Shown: positions 37,242 to 48,246, counted from the stretch's first letter. The stretch is 64,000 nucleotides of DNA from Chloroflexia bacterium (GCA_050998805.1 JBPCPV010000040.1:8248-72247); one strand, 5' to 3'. Numbers and translations: made by a program. The notes: a model not told the origin generated them from the letters alone.

Positions 37242-37273
37242 CAAGAGGGATTATACCACGATTAGGTGCAACA

Positions 37274-38053
37274 GTGAATAGCCTTGAAGAACCTGAGCAG
37301 GAATCGATTGCTCCTGGTACTGAGGTTCCAAGAAGCGCCGACCTGATAGTCGAATCAGAACGAGCCGGGTCGCCGAGCGCGGCTGTTGACTTATCTGACA
37401 TGTTGAGCCAGATGGGGGCGGCCTACCGATCAAACCCTGTACTAGCAGTCCGTGGGCAAGCGTTCATCAAGTATCTACATCGCTACGTGGGGACTCAACT
37501 CGAAGCGCGCTTGACGAAGTTCGCCGTCCGGCGGGGAATCACGGTCCAGTACGAGGCGACGATTCTCGGCTCTACCAAACCGAAGGATGTAGACGTAGCC
37601 GTCGTCGATCCCGACAATGGACCATTAATCCTCATCGGCGTCCGAAGTCAGATGAGTTCTATCGGCAAGAATGTCCTCACCTACTACGAGGGAATCGTGG
37701 GTGAATGTATCAGCCTCCAAGATCGCTTTCCGATGAGCACCCACGGCTACATCTACCTGCACCCTTTAACCTCGATCAAGCAAGGCAAAGAGAGAGAGGC
37801 TATTGATCACGCAAGATACGCCCGAATGTACGAGGCTGTTACAGGCCGCTCAGGTCCCGCATATAAGACTCTGCGGGGCATCTTTGACCAGTTCGCGTAT
37901 ATGGTGGTTGATTTTGAGGAGAGTCCTCCGGCGTTACACGATGCTTTGGTTCAAGCCGCAGTGCCGGGCCTCGACATGTCTATAAACACGTTTGTTGAAC
38001 GCATCGTCGGGACTTTCAATTCGCGCACACTATTCTGGGAAGTCTTCAAATGA
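37274..38053 (+). CDS. Putative type II restriction endonuclease (PaeR7I/XhoI-like, non-canonical active-site motif)
   Basis: TKPKDVDVAV...LILIGVRSQMSSIGKN; lower GC; convergent with a methylase. Start uncertain. Confidence 0.6.
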   Translation: MNSLEEPEQESIAPGTEVPRSADLIVESERAGSPSAAVDLSDMLSQMGAAYRSNPVLAVRGQAFIKYLHRYVGTQLEARLTKFAVRRGITVQYEATILGSTKPKDVDVAVVDPDNGPLILIGVRSQMSSIGKNVLTYYEGIVGECISLQDRFPMSTHGYIYLHPLTSIKQGKEREAIDHARYARMYEAVTGRSGPAYKTLRGIFDQFAYMVVDFEESPPALHDALVQAAVPGLDMSINTFVERIVGTFNSRTLFWEVFK

Positions 38054-39709
38054 CGAGCGAGCAGACGTCCGCCAGTGAGTCAACACCTCTATACCCTCGT
38101 GAATCAGATCTACCTCGTGTTCTCTAAACCCAAGCTGCCCACTCAGCACACCCAGATCTCCGGCGCGATATGCCTCTTTCGTTCTGCCGAGGCGAAGCAA
38201 GTGATCTATACGGTTGATGTGCTCTTCGTTGACAGCTACGCGCTCAGGGAGCCGGATGTTGCCTGCCTCCTTAGGCACCATTATCATAACCCCGCCGCCT
38301 AGCGCGTGGACCTCGAGCTCGCATTGCAGGAGCGTCAAGGATGTGTACCAACTGGTTGCAATCTCTTCTTTGGTAGTAGCCACACTAAAGCCGCACAGCA
38401 AGCTATTGGAGGCGAAGTATCCAGCGTCATTCACCAACAAGATTGGGCGCTCGCTGAAGACGCTAAGGATAACGTCCGGCACACGGATACCTGGAACCAC
38501 AAACCACGGATTACGGACCCTGCACTTATAGCGGTTGGATACACCGCTCTCCGCGCCCATCGCAATATAGCGCCGTTCGCCATCCGTCAAAGCTGCGGGA
38601 TCGGGAAGGAACAACTTACCTATGGAAGCGGTGCCGAGAGACGATGTCCGCAGTCCCGCACCTTTGAGCATTCGCGTAGACGTCACAGCCGGACGGAGAC
38701 TACGCGAGGGGAGCTTATAGTCGTGTACCTCACTTTCAGTTGGGTGGAAGAACACCTTGTCGGCGGCTATGTATCCGATGTTGAAGGTTACTAACTTCCT
38801 GGCCTGAACAGTGGTGTCTGCTACACGGGTTCTCAACAGGCACCGCAACTCATGTCCGAGCAGCGAGCTGACGAAAACTCTTTCACCACGTAGTAGATCG
38901 TCAATGTCAAGAGTATCATCCAGAGTGGGGCGTGCATTCAGAAGGTCCAGCACCCGCTCGAACGTTTGGTAGCGAACGGCGCTTGTACGAGATCCGTAGT
39001 TGTCGGCTAACAAGATGACAACGTCTTGTAGTAACTCGGGGAAGAGCCTCTCACGGGTTCGCAGAACACGGAGCGACCCAAACTTGTCGCGGAGCGCGCT
39101 CCAAAGAGGCTGTGCGTATCGTACATAAGTGAAGTCGTAGGGGAGGACAAATGCGAGCCGCCCGCCCTCGTCAAGGAAGCGCATCGCGTGGAGCACAAAC
39201 GGCATCCATAGGCTGCCTGCGGGATCCATCGGTTGAGCCATTGCAATTTCGGCGGCTCTGAGTGCGCGTTGTTGCTGATCGTGGAGCAAATGGCGCAAGC
39301 GTACATAAGGGGGATTGCCGATCACTGCTTGAACCTTAAACGGGGAGACGCCGAGGAAATCTTCACACCGTAGATCCCCATTCTCAACCAGATGCTCGTG
39401 AAGTGCTCGTGCGCCCGCTTTCTCGTCAATCTCCACCCCTGTAAGGCGTACCGCGTTGAACTCCCGATGTTCAGCACTCGCCGCGAGGGCGCGCAGGAAG
39501 ATCCCATCTCCAAAGCTTGGCTCGAGCACGTGCTCCCCGTCGTGACGAACAGCCCAGTCGGCCATGTAGTCGGCGACAGACCCGGGAGTATAATAGGCTC
39601 CCCGCAGGCGCTGGGCGGGGCCGTTGGGCAAGTAGAGACCGGCCTCATCGAGAAATATTTCTGCCGTCGTCTGCCATGCAGAGCTAGAAACAGCCGTAGT
39701 TCGTTTCAT
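38030..39709 (-). CDS. N6-adenine DNA methyltransferase (gamma class, TaqI/PaeR7I/Eco57I-like)
   Basis: GAYYTP, VLEPSFGDG, IGNPPY motifs; lower GC than the flanks. Confidence 0.9.
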   Translation of the reverse strand: MKRTTAVSSSAWQTTAEIFLDEAGLYLPNGPAQRLRGAYYTPGSVADYMADWAVRHDGEHVLEPSFGDGIFLRALAASAEHREFNAVRLTGVEIDEKAGARALHEHLVENGDLRCEDFLGVSPFKVQAVIGNPPYVRLRHLLHDQQQRALRAAEIAMAQPMDPAGSLWMPFVLHAMRFLDEGGRLAFVLPYDFTYVRYAQPLWSALRDKFGSLRVLRTRERLFPELLQDVVILLADNYGSRTSAVRYQTFERVLDLLNARPTLDDTLDIDDLLRGERVFVSSLLGHELRCLLRTRVADTTVQARKLVTFNIGYIAADKVFFHPTESEVHDYKLPSRSLRPAVTSTRMLKGAGLRTSSLGTASIGKLFLPDPAALTDGERRYIAMGAESGVSNRYKCRVRNPWFVVPGIRVPDVILSVFSERPILLVNDAGYFASNSLLCGFSVATTKEEIATSWYTSLTLLQCELEVHALGGGVMIMVPKEAGNIRLPERVAVNEEHINRIDHLLRLGRTKEAYRAGDLGVLSGQLGFREHEVDLIHEGIEVLTHWRTSARSSFEDFPE

Positions 39710-40606
39710 CTAATCTCCGTTTGCGGCCACCGCCCCCAGCCGCATATACTTCTCGCGCCGCGCCCGCAGCAGCCCGGAGATACCTGACGGCCCCGCAGCC
39801 TCGTCGTCCAGCGTATCGAGTTCCTCGCGCAAGGCCGCGCCCACGCGCTCCATCAACTGGGGCACGTTGCTCTGCGCGCCGCCCTTAGGCTCCTTGATCA
39901 CGCGGTCCACAATGCCGAAACCGCGCAGATCCTCGGCGCGGATCTTCATCGCGGCGGCGGCCTGGGGTGCCTGCCCGGCGTTGTGCCAGAGTATCGAAGC
40001 CGCAGACTCGGGGCTTGCCACAGAATAGATCGCGTTCTCGAGCATCAGGATGCGGTCGGCCAGCCCGATAGCGAGCGCGCCGCCACTGCCCCCTTCGCCG
40101 ATCACCACGGCGAGGATCGGCACACGCAGCGTCAGCATCGCCAGCAGGTCGTCGGCGATTGCCAGCGCCATGCCGCGCTCTTCGGACTCGAGGCCGGGGC
40201 TTGCACCGGGGGTGTCAATAAAAGTGATCACCGGGAAGCCGAACTTCTCGGCGTGGCGCATCAGCCGCAGCGCCTTGCGGTAGCCTTCGGGCGAAGCCAT
40301 GCCGAAGTTCCGCGCCACGTTCTCCTTGGTGTTCGCGCCCTTCTGGTGTCCGAGGAGCATCACCGTGCGCTCACCGAGCTTCGCCGGCCCGCCGATGATC
40401 GCTGCGTCGTCGCCGTAGAGCCGGTCGCCGTGCATCTCTACGAAGTCGCCGAATACCTGCCGGATATAGTCGAGGGTGTGTGGGCGTTCGGGATGGCGGG
40501 CGAGTTGCACCCGGTCCCATACCTCCTGGGTATGCGTGTCCAGCCCCTTAGCCTTCGAGTCTTGGCCCTTAGCCTTCGCGTCCTGCGGCTTCTTATCCAC
40601 GCTCAC
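39710..40606 (-). CDS. accA: Acetyl-CoA carboxylase carboxyltransferase alpha subunit
   Basis: [36 protein letters not shown]. Confidence 0.97.
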   Translation of the reverse strand: MSVDKKPQDAKAKGQDSKAKGLDTHTQEVWDRVQLARHPERPHTLDYIRQVFGDFVEMHGDRLYGDDAAIIGGPAKLGERTVMLLGHQKGANTKENVARNFGMASPEGYRKALRLMRHAEKFGFPVITFIDTPGASPGLESEERGMALAIADDLLAMLTLRVPILAVVIGEGGSGGALAIGLADRILMLENAIYSVASPESAASILWHNAGQAPQAAAAMKIRAEDLRGFGIVDRVIKEPKGGAQSNVPQLMERVGAALREELDTLDDEAAGPSGISGLLRARREKYMRLGAVAANGD

Positions 40607-41478
40607 GCGGTCGCCGCCTTGCCTGCATCGTAGAGGCGCAGCAGACGGCCGAGCGTCGTCCTCAGTTCGCGCCGGGGCACCACCATATCGATCATCCCGT
40701 GTTGCAGCAAGAACTCGGCAGTCTGGAAGCCCGTCGGCAGTTTCTGGCGGATAGTCTGCTCGATGACCCGCGGCCCCGCGAAGCCGATCACGGCCCCCGG
40801 CTCGGCCATCACCACATCGGCCAGCACCGCGTAGCTCGCGGTAACCCCGCCGAAGCAGGGGTCGGTGAGCAACGAAAAATAGGGCAGCTTCGCCTCCGCC
40901 AACTCGACCAGGGCCGCGCTCGTCTTCGCCATCTGCATCAGCGAAAACATCCCCTCCTGCATCCGCGCCCCGCCCGACGCCGAAGCCGTCAGCAGCGGCG
41001 TGCGGTTCTCTATCGCCGTCTCGACCGCGCGGCAGATTTTCTCGCCGTAGGCAGTGCCCATGCTGCCGCCCATGAAGCTGAAATCCACCACAGCCACGGT
41101 GAGCGGGATGCCGTCGAGCGTGCCCCGGCCGGCGACAACCGCCTCTCGGATGCCGGTCTTCGCCTGTGTCTCCGTCAGTTTCGTCTTATACGCCTCGTCC
41201 TCCGATCTGAAACCCAGCGGGTCGCCCGGCGGGATCTCGCCTGCGACCTCCTTGAAGCTATCGTCGTCGAGCAGCCCTGCGAGCCGTTCGGAGGCGGTCA
41301 GCCGCGCATGGTAGCCGCACTTTTGACAGACCTTCTCCGACTTCTCGAACTCTTTGACATAGATCAGCTCTTTGCATCGCCCGCACTTGACCCACATGTT
41401 GTCGGGCACCTCCTGCTGGCGCGCACGGTCGGCGTCTGACAACGTAAACTTCGGCGGATGGCGTAAGAACTCGCGCAA
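40603..41478 (-). CDS. accD: Acetyl-CoA carboxylase carboxyltransferase beta subunit
   Basis: C4 zinc finger, [26 protein letters not shown]; TTG 41478 has an AGGAGG RBS. Confidence 0.96.
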   Translation of the reverse strand: MREFLRHPPKFTLSDADRARQQEVPDNMWVKCGRCKELIYVKEFEKSEKVCQKCGYHARLTASERLAGLLDDDSFKEVAGEIPPGDPLGFRSEDEAYKTKLTETQAKTGIREAVVAGRGTLDGIPLTVAVVDFSFMGGSMGTAYGEKICRAVETAIENRTPLLTASASGGARMQEGMFSLMQMAKTSAALVELAEAKLPYFSLLTDPCFGGVTASYAVLADVVMAEPGAVIGFAGPRVIEQTIRQKLPTGFQTAEFLLQHGMIDMVVPRRELRTTLGRLLRLYDAGKAATA

Positions 41479-41585
41479 GGTTGGGGCCTCCTGGTTGGCC
41501 GCTAGTGAGCCGACGGTTCCCGCGACCAATGGCGGGCGTTCGGCATAAGCGTGCGTCCATTATACCATGCCGGAACGGGGTTTGC

Positions 41586-41741
41586 CTATCGCCTGTTGTT
41601 GCAGATCACGAGCGCCGCGATTACCCCCGGCACCCAGCCGAGCAGCGTCAGCAGTGTTACGATGAGGATCGAGCCGCAGCCTTTGTCTATCACAGCCAGT
41701 GGTGGGAAGATAATGCAGAGTATCACGCGCAAAATGCCCAT
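41586..41741 (-). CDS. YqaE/Pmp3 family small membrane protein (51 aa, absent from the ORF track)
   Basis: MGILRVILCIIFPPLAVIDKGCGSILIVTLLTLLGWVPGVIAALVICNNRR; AAGGA RBS. Confidence 0.88.
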   Translation of the reverse strand: MGILRVILCIIFPPLAVIDKGCGSILIVTLLTLLGWVPGVIAALVICNNRR

Positions 41742-41913
41742 TGTCGGTGTCCTTTCGAGTGTCCAGCCATCAGCCGTCGGCCATCTCCTCCTATCTACGG
41801 ATTCTGCCTATATAACGTCACAAATCTTCTCGTGGTACGGCGTAAAGGTGCATACAGAACATGCGTTCTATACAAATGAATCCAAATTGCCTCCCAATTG
41901 GCGGTCGAAAGGC

Positions 41914-41990
41914 TTGCATTATGCGGCAAGGGATGCTATAATGTGGACAATGTGGGGGAAAGTGGGGATAAGTGGGGAACTTTGTGGATA
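41914..41990 (+). promoter_or_regulatory. dcw promoter and MraZ-binding GTGG(G) direct repeats
   Basis: TTGCAT-17-TATAAT (41914..41942); GTGG boxes at 41952, 41962, 41972 (10-nt period), plus 41943 and 41984. Confidence 0.8.
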
Positions 41991-42125
41991 AGTCGGCCTT
42001 CGGCAGACAGAATCACTTAGGCCCCAACTACTTGACCAACACGCCTCCCGATGAGTGAATGACGCCAGTTGCCGTCACCAACCGACGTCATTCATTCATT
42101 CTTTTACCGGCTCAGGAAGGCAACG

Positions 42126-42554
42126 ATGTTCCTCGGACGATTCGACCATGTGCTTGACGACAAGGGCCGCCTTGCTATACCCGCGCGCTTCCGCACGGGG
42201 CTGGCCGAGGGCATGGTTATCACTCGCGGCAACGACCGCTGCCTCAACATCTTTCCGGGCACACGCTGGCAGGAGATAGCCGCAAGGCTCGATGCACTGC
42301 CGATGGGCGACCCGAACGCACGCGACCTGCGGCGCGCGGCCTTCGCGGCCGCCGAACCGTTGGAACTTGACCGGCAGGGCCGTGTGGTCGTCTCCGAACG
42401 GCTCCGCAGCTACGCGGGGCTGACAGGGAGTGTGGCCGTAGTCGGCATGAACTCGTACATCGAAGTCTGGGATCTCGCCGCCTGGGAGGCGGTCGAGGAC
42501 CGGGTTGAGGAGCAAGGAGACGCGGCGGCGTCGGCGTTGTCCGGCCAATTCTAG
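42126..42554 (+). CDS. mraZ: Division/cell wall cluster transcriptional regulator MraZ
   Basis: MFLGRFDHVLDDKGRLAIPARFR, LDRQGR. Confidence 0.96.
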   Translation: MFLGRFDHVLDDKGRLAIPARFRTGLAEGMVITRGNDRCLNIFPGTRWQEIAARLDALPMGDPNARDLRRAAFAAAEPLELDRQGRVVVSERLRSYAGLTGSVAVVGMNSYIEVWDLAAWEAVEDRVEEQGDAAASALSGQF

Positions 42555-42560
42555 CCGGAC

Positions 42561-43508
42561 ATGCACCAATCTGTACTTTACCAAGAAACGCTCTCCGCTC
42601 TGTCGGTCATTCCGGGCGGGAGCTACATAGACGGCACGGTCGGTGCCGGGGGTCATGCCGAGGGCATCCTCCAACTCTCCGCACCCGACGGCCGCCTGCT
42701 TGGGCTTGACCAGGATCTAACCGCCCTGGAAATCGCCCGCAACAGGCTAGCGGCTTTCGGTGAGAGGGTGGTGCTGGTCCACGCAAACTTCGCCGCGATG
42801 GGCGAAGTCGCATCCCACAACGGGTTCCTGGCAGCCCACGGGATCTTGCTGGACCTGGGGGTCTCCTCCATGCAACTCGACACAGCCGAGCGGGGTTTCT
42901 CCTTCCAAGCAGACGCCCCCCTCGACATGCGGATGGACCCCTCCTCTGGGCAGCCCACGGCAGCCGACCTTGTCAACCAATTGTCTGAAGGAGACCTGGC
43001 GGATCTGATTTTCCGCTACGGGGAGGAGCGAGCCTCCCGACGTATCGCCCGGCGCATCGCAGCCGAGCGGCAGGTCTCCCCCATCGAAACCACGAGCAGG
43101 CTGGCCGCGATTGTCCTGGCAGCGATCGGAGGCCGGCCTGCGGGGCCTAAAGGCAGGATACACCCAGCGACACGGACCTTCCAGGCGCTACGCATAGCAG
43201 TCAACCACGAACTTGACGTATTGCCGACCGCTTTGGAAGCCGCTCTAGAGGTGTTGAGGCCCGAAGGGCGCCTCGCGGTCATCTCATTCCACTCGTTGGA
43301 AGACCGCATCGTGAAGCAGTTTATGCAACAGGAGATAAAGGGCTGTATCTGTCCGCCCGATCTGCCGGTTTGCCGTTGTGGGCGCGTTCCACGGCTGCGA
43401 GCCGTCACTAAGGGCGCTTTGGAAGCCGAAGAGGCCGAGACTGAGCGCAACCCTCGTGCCCGCAGCGCCCGCCTTCGTGTGGTGGAGCGCCTGCCCGGCG
43501 GGCAATAG
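42561..43508 (+). CDS. rsmH: 16S rRNA m4C1402 methyltransferase
   Basis: [35 protein letters not shown]. Confidence 0.97.
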   Translation: MHQSVLYQETLSALSVIPGGSYIDGTVGAGGHAEGILQLSAPDGRLLGLDQDLTALEIARNRLAAFGERVVLVHANFAAMGEVASHNGFLAAHGILLDLGVSSMQLDTAERGFSFQADAPLDMRMDPSSGQPTAADLVNQLSEGDLADLIFRYGEERASRRIARRIAAERQVSPIETTSRLAAIVLAAIGGRPAGPKGRIHPATRTFQALRIAVNHELDVLPTALEAALEVLRPEGRLAVISFHSLEDRIVKQFMQQEIKGCICPPDLPVCRCGRVPRLRAVTKGALEAEEAETERNPRARSARLRVVERLPGGQ

Positions 43509-43608
43509 ACTGCGGCATCCGCCGCATTCGCCGGCCGGGTAGATCACGCGGGCACCCGATTCCTGCGGGATCTTTTTAATCGCTGCGCGAATGTGAAGGT
43601 GACATGCC

Positions 43609-44019
43609 ATGGCCCTGCGAATTGCCGTACAGAACTACCCGTCCGAACCCGAAGCCGCGCCGCTCGCCGGGCCGCTCGCTGACGCGCGCGCCCGCGGGGC
43701 GAGGCTCGAATCCTACCTCGCGCTCGACCCCGCGATTCGATTCCTGATCGCGCTCGCCCTCGTCGCCGCCATCTCCCTGCTCTACCTGGTGCAGGCGAGC
43801 AGTGTCACCGAACTGAACTACGATGTCCAGCGCCTCGACGGCGCGCACACCCAGCTGATCCGCGACCGCCAGGATCTCGATCTACAGATCGCCCGCGCAC
43901 AGTCCCTGCCGCAGATCGAGCAGATCGCCCGTGACAAACTGCACATGGTGCCGTTGGGCGATGGTGTTCGCTATCTGCCGCTGCCGCCTGAATCCGGCGC
44001 GCAGCCTACGGGGAGGTGA
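43609..44019 (+). CDS. ftsL: FtsL-like septum formation protein
   Basis: Single TM plus coiled coil, located between rsmH and the PBP gene. Confidence 0.7.
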   Translation: MALRIAVQNYPSEPEAAPLAGPLADARARGARLESYLALDPAIRFLIALALVAAISLLYLVQASSVTELNYDVQRLDGAHTQLIRDRQDLDLQIARAQSLPQIEQIARDKLHMVPLGDGVRYLPLPPESGAQPTGR

Positions 44020-44023
44020 CACA

Positions 44024-45757
44024 ATGCCCCAAGCACAAACGCTTATCCGCGGCTGGCGGATCCGGGCCGTATTAGTCGGCTTCCTGCTCGGCGTGAGCTA
44101 CATCGGCTACCACCTGTTCCAAATCCAGGTGCTCGAGCAGCCCGCCATAGCAGCCCGCGCCGCCGACAACATCACCTGGACCAAGACAATACTGCCGAAC
44201 CGCGGCCTGATCCGCGATGCGCGCGGCTTCCTGCTCGCTGGCGACGCCCTTTCCTCCGACCTCTCTCTCGACAAGTCGCATGTAGGCAGCTCCGACTTGC
44301 ACACTATATCCGACCTGATCGGCCCCGTCCTCGGCGAGGCCCCCGACGATCTTTACCAGCGTTTGCAGGGTTTGACCTTCACCAATGTGCTGCTCGCCCG
44401 CCGCCTCGACGCGGATACCGTTGCCCGTGTGCTGCAACTCCGCGAAACCTGGAAGCTGCTCTACAACACCACTAGTCTAACCCCGGAGCCGCGCCGCGAT
44501 TACCCCAACGGCAACTTCGCCTCCCACCTGCTCGGCTTCACCGACTATGACAACCGGGGCCAGTACGGCGTAGAGCAGTTCTACGACGACATGGTAGCCG
44601 GCCTGCCCGGCTCGGTGGCTGGCGAACACGACCCGAACGGCTACACGCTGCCGATGGAGGATCCCCTCCGCAAGGCCGCTGTGGACGGCGCAGACCTCGA
44701 CCTCACGCTCGACAGCGCCGTGCAGTACATGGCCGAGCGCGAACTCGACAACTCGCTGAAGATCACCGGCGCGGCCAAGGGCATGATCCTGATCATGGAC
44801 CCGCATACCGGCGCGATTATCGCGCTGGCTACTTCGCCGCGCTTCGACCCGAACCATTTCACGCAGGTCACGGACTGGAGCATCTTCAAGGATCCGGCGG
44901 TCACCGACGTATACGAGCCTGGGTCCACCTTCAAGGTCTTGACGATGGCCTCAGCGATCGACGGTGGAGCGGTGACGCCCGACACGACCTTCTACTGCAC
45001 CGGCTCGATCAACGCCTACGGCTGGACGATCCACAACAGCACATCCACCGCCTACGGCATCGAGTCGATGCGCCAGGGTCTCGCGCGCTCGGACAACATC
45101 GCACTCGATTTCGCGGCCACCAGCCTCGGAGAGAAGAAGTTCTACCAGTACATCCAAAACTTCGGCATCGGCAAGCCGACCGGGGTTGACCTCAAAGGCG
45201 AGGTCAACGGCCTGCTCCACCTGCCCGGCGAGGACAGCTACAGCCCGATCAACCTCTACACCAACGCCTTCGGCCAGGGCCTCGCGGTAACGCCGATCCA
45301 GCTTGTCACCGCGATCTCAGCGGTCGCCAACGGCGGCAACCTAATGAAGCCCTATGTCGTCTCCCGCATTTCCCGCAACGGGCAGGTGTTGCAGGAGAAC
45401 AAGCCGACCGTGGTGCGCCGCGTGATCAGCGAGAGCACCTCCCAGCAGGTGCGGGATATGATGGTCTGGGCGGTGGACACGACGACGGCGGGCCATCTGG
45501 CTAAGGTGCCCGGCTACAAGACGGCGACCAAGACAGGCACCGCGCAGATCCCCGGCGCACACGGCTACGACGCGCCCGGCACCATCGCCTCAGTTGTCGG
45601 CTTTGCCCCTGCGGATAACCCGAAGTTCGTGATGCTGATCCGCCTCGACAACCCACAGACCAGCATCTGGGGCGGCGAGACTGCTTCCCCGGCGTTTGGC
45701 CGGTTGGCCACACAGCTTTTTCAGTACTGGAAGATACCGCCCGACGAGCCTAAGTAG
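44024..45757 (+). CDS. ftsI: Class B penicillin-binding protein (FtsI/PBP3-like)
   Basis: EPGSTFK (SxxK), SDN, KTGT motifs. Confidence 0.9.
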   Translation: MPQAQTLIRGWRIRAVLVGFLLGVSYIGYHLFQIQVLEQPAIAARAADNITWTKTILPNRGLIRDARGFLLAGDALSSDLSLDKSHVGSSDLHTISDLIGPVLGEAPDDLYQRLQGLTFTNVLLARRLDADTVARVLQLRETWKLLYNTTSLTPEPRRDYPNGNFASHLLGFTDYDNRGQYGVEQFYDDMVAGLPGSVAGEHDPNGYTLPMEDPLRKAAVDGADLDLTLDSAVQYMAERELDNSLKITGAAKGMILIMDPHTGAIIALATSPRFDPNHFTQVTDWSIFKDPAVTDVYEPGSTFKVLTMASAIDGGAVTPDTTFYCTGSINAYGWTIHNSTSTAYGIESMRQGLARSDNIALDFAATSLGEKKFYQYIQNFGIGKPTGVDLKGEVNGLLHLPGEDSYSPINLYTNAFGQGLAVTPIQLVTAISAVANGGNLMKPYVVSRISRNGQVLQENKPTVVRRVISESTSQQVRDMMVWAVDTTTAGHLAKVPGYKTATKTGTAQIPGAHGYDAPGTIASVVGFAPADNPKFVMLIRLDNPQTSIWGGETASPAFGRLATQLFQYWKIPPDEPK

Positions 45758-45808
45758 GAGACGGGTGTCGGGTGGTAGAACTTGCATGTTGGCTAGGCAA
45801 GGATAGTG

Positions 45809-47203
45809 ATGTACAAGCTCGAAGATATATTGGCAGGCACAGGCGGCACGCCGGCACCCGACTACCCGGGGTCCGGCGCGCTTGTCTTGCGCGACGTGGC
45901 GATCGACTCTCGCAAGGCTGTGCCGGGGTCGCTTTTTGTCGCCCTGCCGGGCAGCGCCGCCGACGGCCACCAGTTCATCGCCGACGCAATCGGCCACGGC
46001 GCGATAGCCGTGCTTGCCCGCTCCGATTGGCAGCCGGCCGCGCCGCTCGGCCCCGACATCGCTGTGGTGCGCGTACCCGACACGCTCAAAGGGCTGCAAT
46101 CTTTGGCGACATGGTGGCGGAGCCGCTTCCCGAACCTCAAGGTGATCGGCATCACCGGCAGCATCGGCAAGACCAGCACGAAGGAGTACACCGCGGCAGT
46201 CCTGGCGACCCACTTCCGGGTCTTCCGCAGCGAGGGCAACTACAACAGCGAGACCGGCCTGCCGTTGAGCGTCCTCGGCCTCTGCCCAGAACACGAGGTC
46301 GCGGTCTTCGAAATGGGCGGCGGCGCATACATGGGCGAACTTAGCCACCTGGCCTCCATAGCCCAGCCGCAGGTCGGCGTGATCACCAACGTAAGCCACT
46401 CCCACCTGGCAAGCATGGGCACGCTCGAAAACCTGGCCGTCCACAAGGCCGAACTCGTGAGGGCACTGCCCGAATCCGGAGTAGCGGTGTTGAACTACGA
46501 CGACGAGCGGGTGCGCGCGATGGCCGCCCAGACGCAGGCGCGGGTGCTGACTTACGGCCTGGACCCGGCGTCTTATATATGGGCCGACGAGATCGAGAGC
46601 GAGGGGATCGGTGGGCTGCAATGCACCCTCCACCACGGCAGTGAGGCCCTCCACTTGCGTTTGCCGCTGCTGGGTCTGCATAGCGTGCATACCGCGCTGC
46701 GGGCGGCGGCGGCCTGCGAGGCCGTCGGCATGAACTGGAAGGACATAATCATCGGCTTGCAGACCGGCGAGGCACAGCAATTGCGCCTGCTCGTCGTGCA
46801 GGGGATCAACGACTTGACGATCATTGACGACAGCTACAACGCGAACCCGGCTTCTACCCTGGCCGCGCTCAACCTGCTGCTCGAAATGCCGAAGCCCCAT
46901 GTCGCGGTGCTCGGAGATATGCTCGAACTCGGCGAGTACGAAGAAGAAGGGCACATCAAAGTCGCGCGTCGGGCCATCGAAGTAGCCGACCAGCTGGTGG
47001 CCGTCGGCAACCTCGGCAGGCTGATAGGCGAGGAGGCGTTGCGCTGCGGCATGGCCCCGGATCATGTCTTCTTCGCGCTGACCAACGACCAAGCGATTGA
47101 CTACCTGCGCCGGCAGGCTGTGCCGGGATCGTTTGTGCTGATCAAAGGCTCTCACGGGATGCGGATGGAAGAGATAGTCGAAGGGTTGCGAGCGCCCACA
47201 TGA
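45809..47203 (+). CDS. murF: UDP-MurNAc-tripeptide D-Ala-D-Ala ligase
   Basis: IDSRK, GITGSIGKTSTKE, IDDSYNANP, LGDMLELG, KGSHGM. Confidence 0.95.
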   Translation: MYKLEDILAGTGGTPAPDYPGSGALVLRDVAIDSRKAVPGSLFVALPGSAADGHQFIADAIGHGAIAVLARSDWQPAAPLGPDIAVVRVPDTLKGLQSLATWWRSRFPNLKVIGITGSIGKTSTKEYTAAVLATHFRVFRSEGNYNSETGLPLSVLGLCPEHEVAVFEMGGGAYMGELSHLASIAQPQVGVITNVSHSHLASMGTLENLAVHKAELVRALPESGVAVLNYDDERVRAMAAQTQARVLTYGLDPASYIWADEIESEGIGGLQCTLHHGSEALHLRLPLLGLHSVHTALRAAAACEAVGMNWKDIIIGLQTGEAQQLRLLVVQGINDLTIIDDSYNANPASTLAALNLLLEMPKPHVAVLGDMLELGEYEEEGHIKVARRAIEVADQLVAVGNLGRLIGEEALRCGMAPDHVFFALTNDQAIDYLRRQAVPGSFVLIKGSHGMRMEEIVEGLRAPT

Positions 47204-48246
47204 TGAGCTTTTTCATCGGCTTGATGTATCAGGTGCGGCCCGACGAGCCGACCGACTTCGGGCGCTATTTCATGATCCGTGCGCTCGCCCTCGGCGGCAT
47301 CGCCTTCGTGATAGGGCTAGTCCTCGGTCGCCCGATTATCACCCAGCTACGCAACCATCGGATCGGCAAGCAGATACGCATTGACGGCCCCCAGTCGCAC
47401 ATGGTGAAGATGGGCACGCCGACGATGGGCGGGATCATCTTCCTACTGACTGTGCTTCTCAGCATCGCGTTCGACGTGCCGGATCATCTCTCGCTGTTAC
47501 TGCCGATCGGCATCATCTTCTCCTGCGGCATACTCGGCGCGGTGGACGACCGCCTGAGCATCATCGGCGGCAAGAAGCGCGAGGGCATGGCCGCCCGCTT
47601 CAAGATGCTCTGGCTGCTGGTGATCGCCTCCATCTCGGCATGGCTGCTCTATTCGCCGCAGCAGGGACTTGGCCTGCATCGAATCTACATCCCGTTCTCC
47701 GGTAGCCTCCACGGCAGCGACATCGGCTTATGGTACATCCCGATAGCGATCATTGTCATCGCCGGCACCGCGAACGCAGTCAACCTCAGCGACGGTCTCG
47801 ACACCCTCGCCGGAGGCATGGCCGCTATGTCCTTCATCTCTTACGGCATAATCGCCTACCTGCAACGTCAGTTCCAGGTGCTGGACCTCTGCTTCGCCGT
47901 CGTCGGCGCGTTGCTGGCGTTTCTCTGGTACAACGCCCACCCCGCGCAGATCTTCATGGGCGACACCGGCTCGATCACGCTCGGCGCGCTCCTCGCGGTC
48001 TGCGCGTTTATGACCGGCCAGTGGCTCGTGCTGCCGGTGGTCGGCATGGTCTTCGTCGCCGTCTCGGCCTCGGTGATGCTACAGGTGCTCTATTTCAAGA
48101 TGACCGGCGGTCGGCGCCTCTTCAAGATGGCCCCCTTGCAGCACCATTTTGAGCTGCTCGGCTGGTCCGAAACCCAGGTCGCCATGCGTTTCTGGCTTAT
48201 AAGTATGCTGGGCGGTATGCTGGGCGTCGCCCTAGCCCTCTCCTGA
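47200..48246 (+). CDS. mraY: Phospho-N-acetylmuramoyl-pentapeptide transferase
   Basis: GTPTMGG, AVNLSDGLD, FMGDTGS, MAPLQHHFE. Confidence 0.97.
   Translation: MMSFFIGLMYQVRPDEPTDFGRYFMIRALALGGIAFVIGLVLGRPIITQLRNHRIGKQIRIDGPQSHMVKMGTPTMGGIIFLLTVLLSIAFDVPDHLSLLLPIGIIFSCGILGAVDDRLSIIGGKKREGMAARFKMLWLLVIASISAWLLYSPQQGLGLHRIYIPFSGSLHGSDIGLWYIPIAIIVIAGTANAVNLSDGLDTLAGGMAAMSFISYGIIAYLQRQFQVLDLCFAVVGALLAFLWYNAHPAQIFMGDTGSITLGALLAVCAFMTGQWLVLPVVGMVFVAVSASVMLQVLYFKMTGGRRLFKMAPLQHHFELLGWSETQVAMRFWLISMLGGMLGVALALS

Noticed and set aside
36731-37273. N-terminal part of the 36731..38053 ORF
   Set aside because: It runs antisense to the sigma factor and across tRNA-Leu; only the part after the tRNA looks protein-like.
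37158-39720. Integrative element or prophage at tRNA-Leu (and at tRNA-Gln)
   Set aside because: No integrase, no phage genes and no duplicated tRNA 3' end (att) found by eye.
41551-41991. ORFs 41481..41879 and 41551..41991 on the plus strand
   Set aside because: They overlap the Pmp3 gene and the accD/mraZ promoters, and have no protein-like features.
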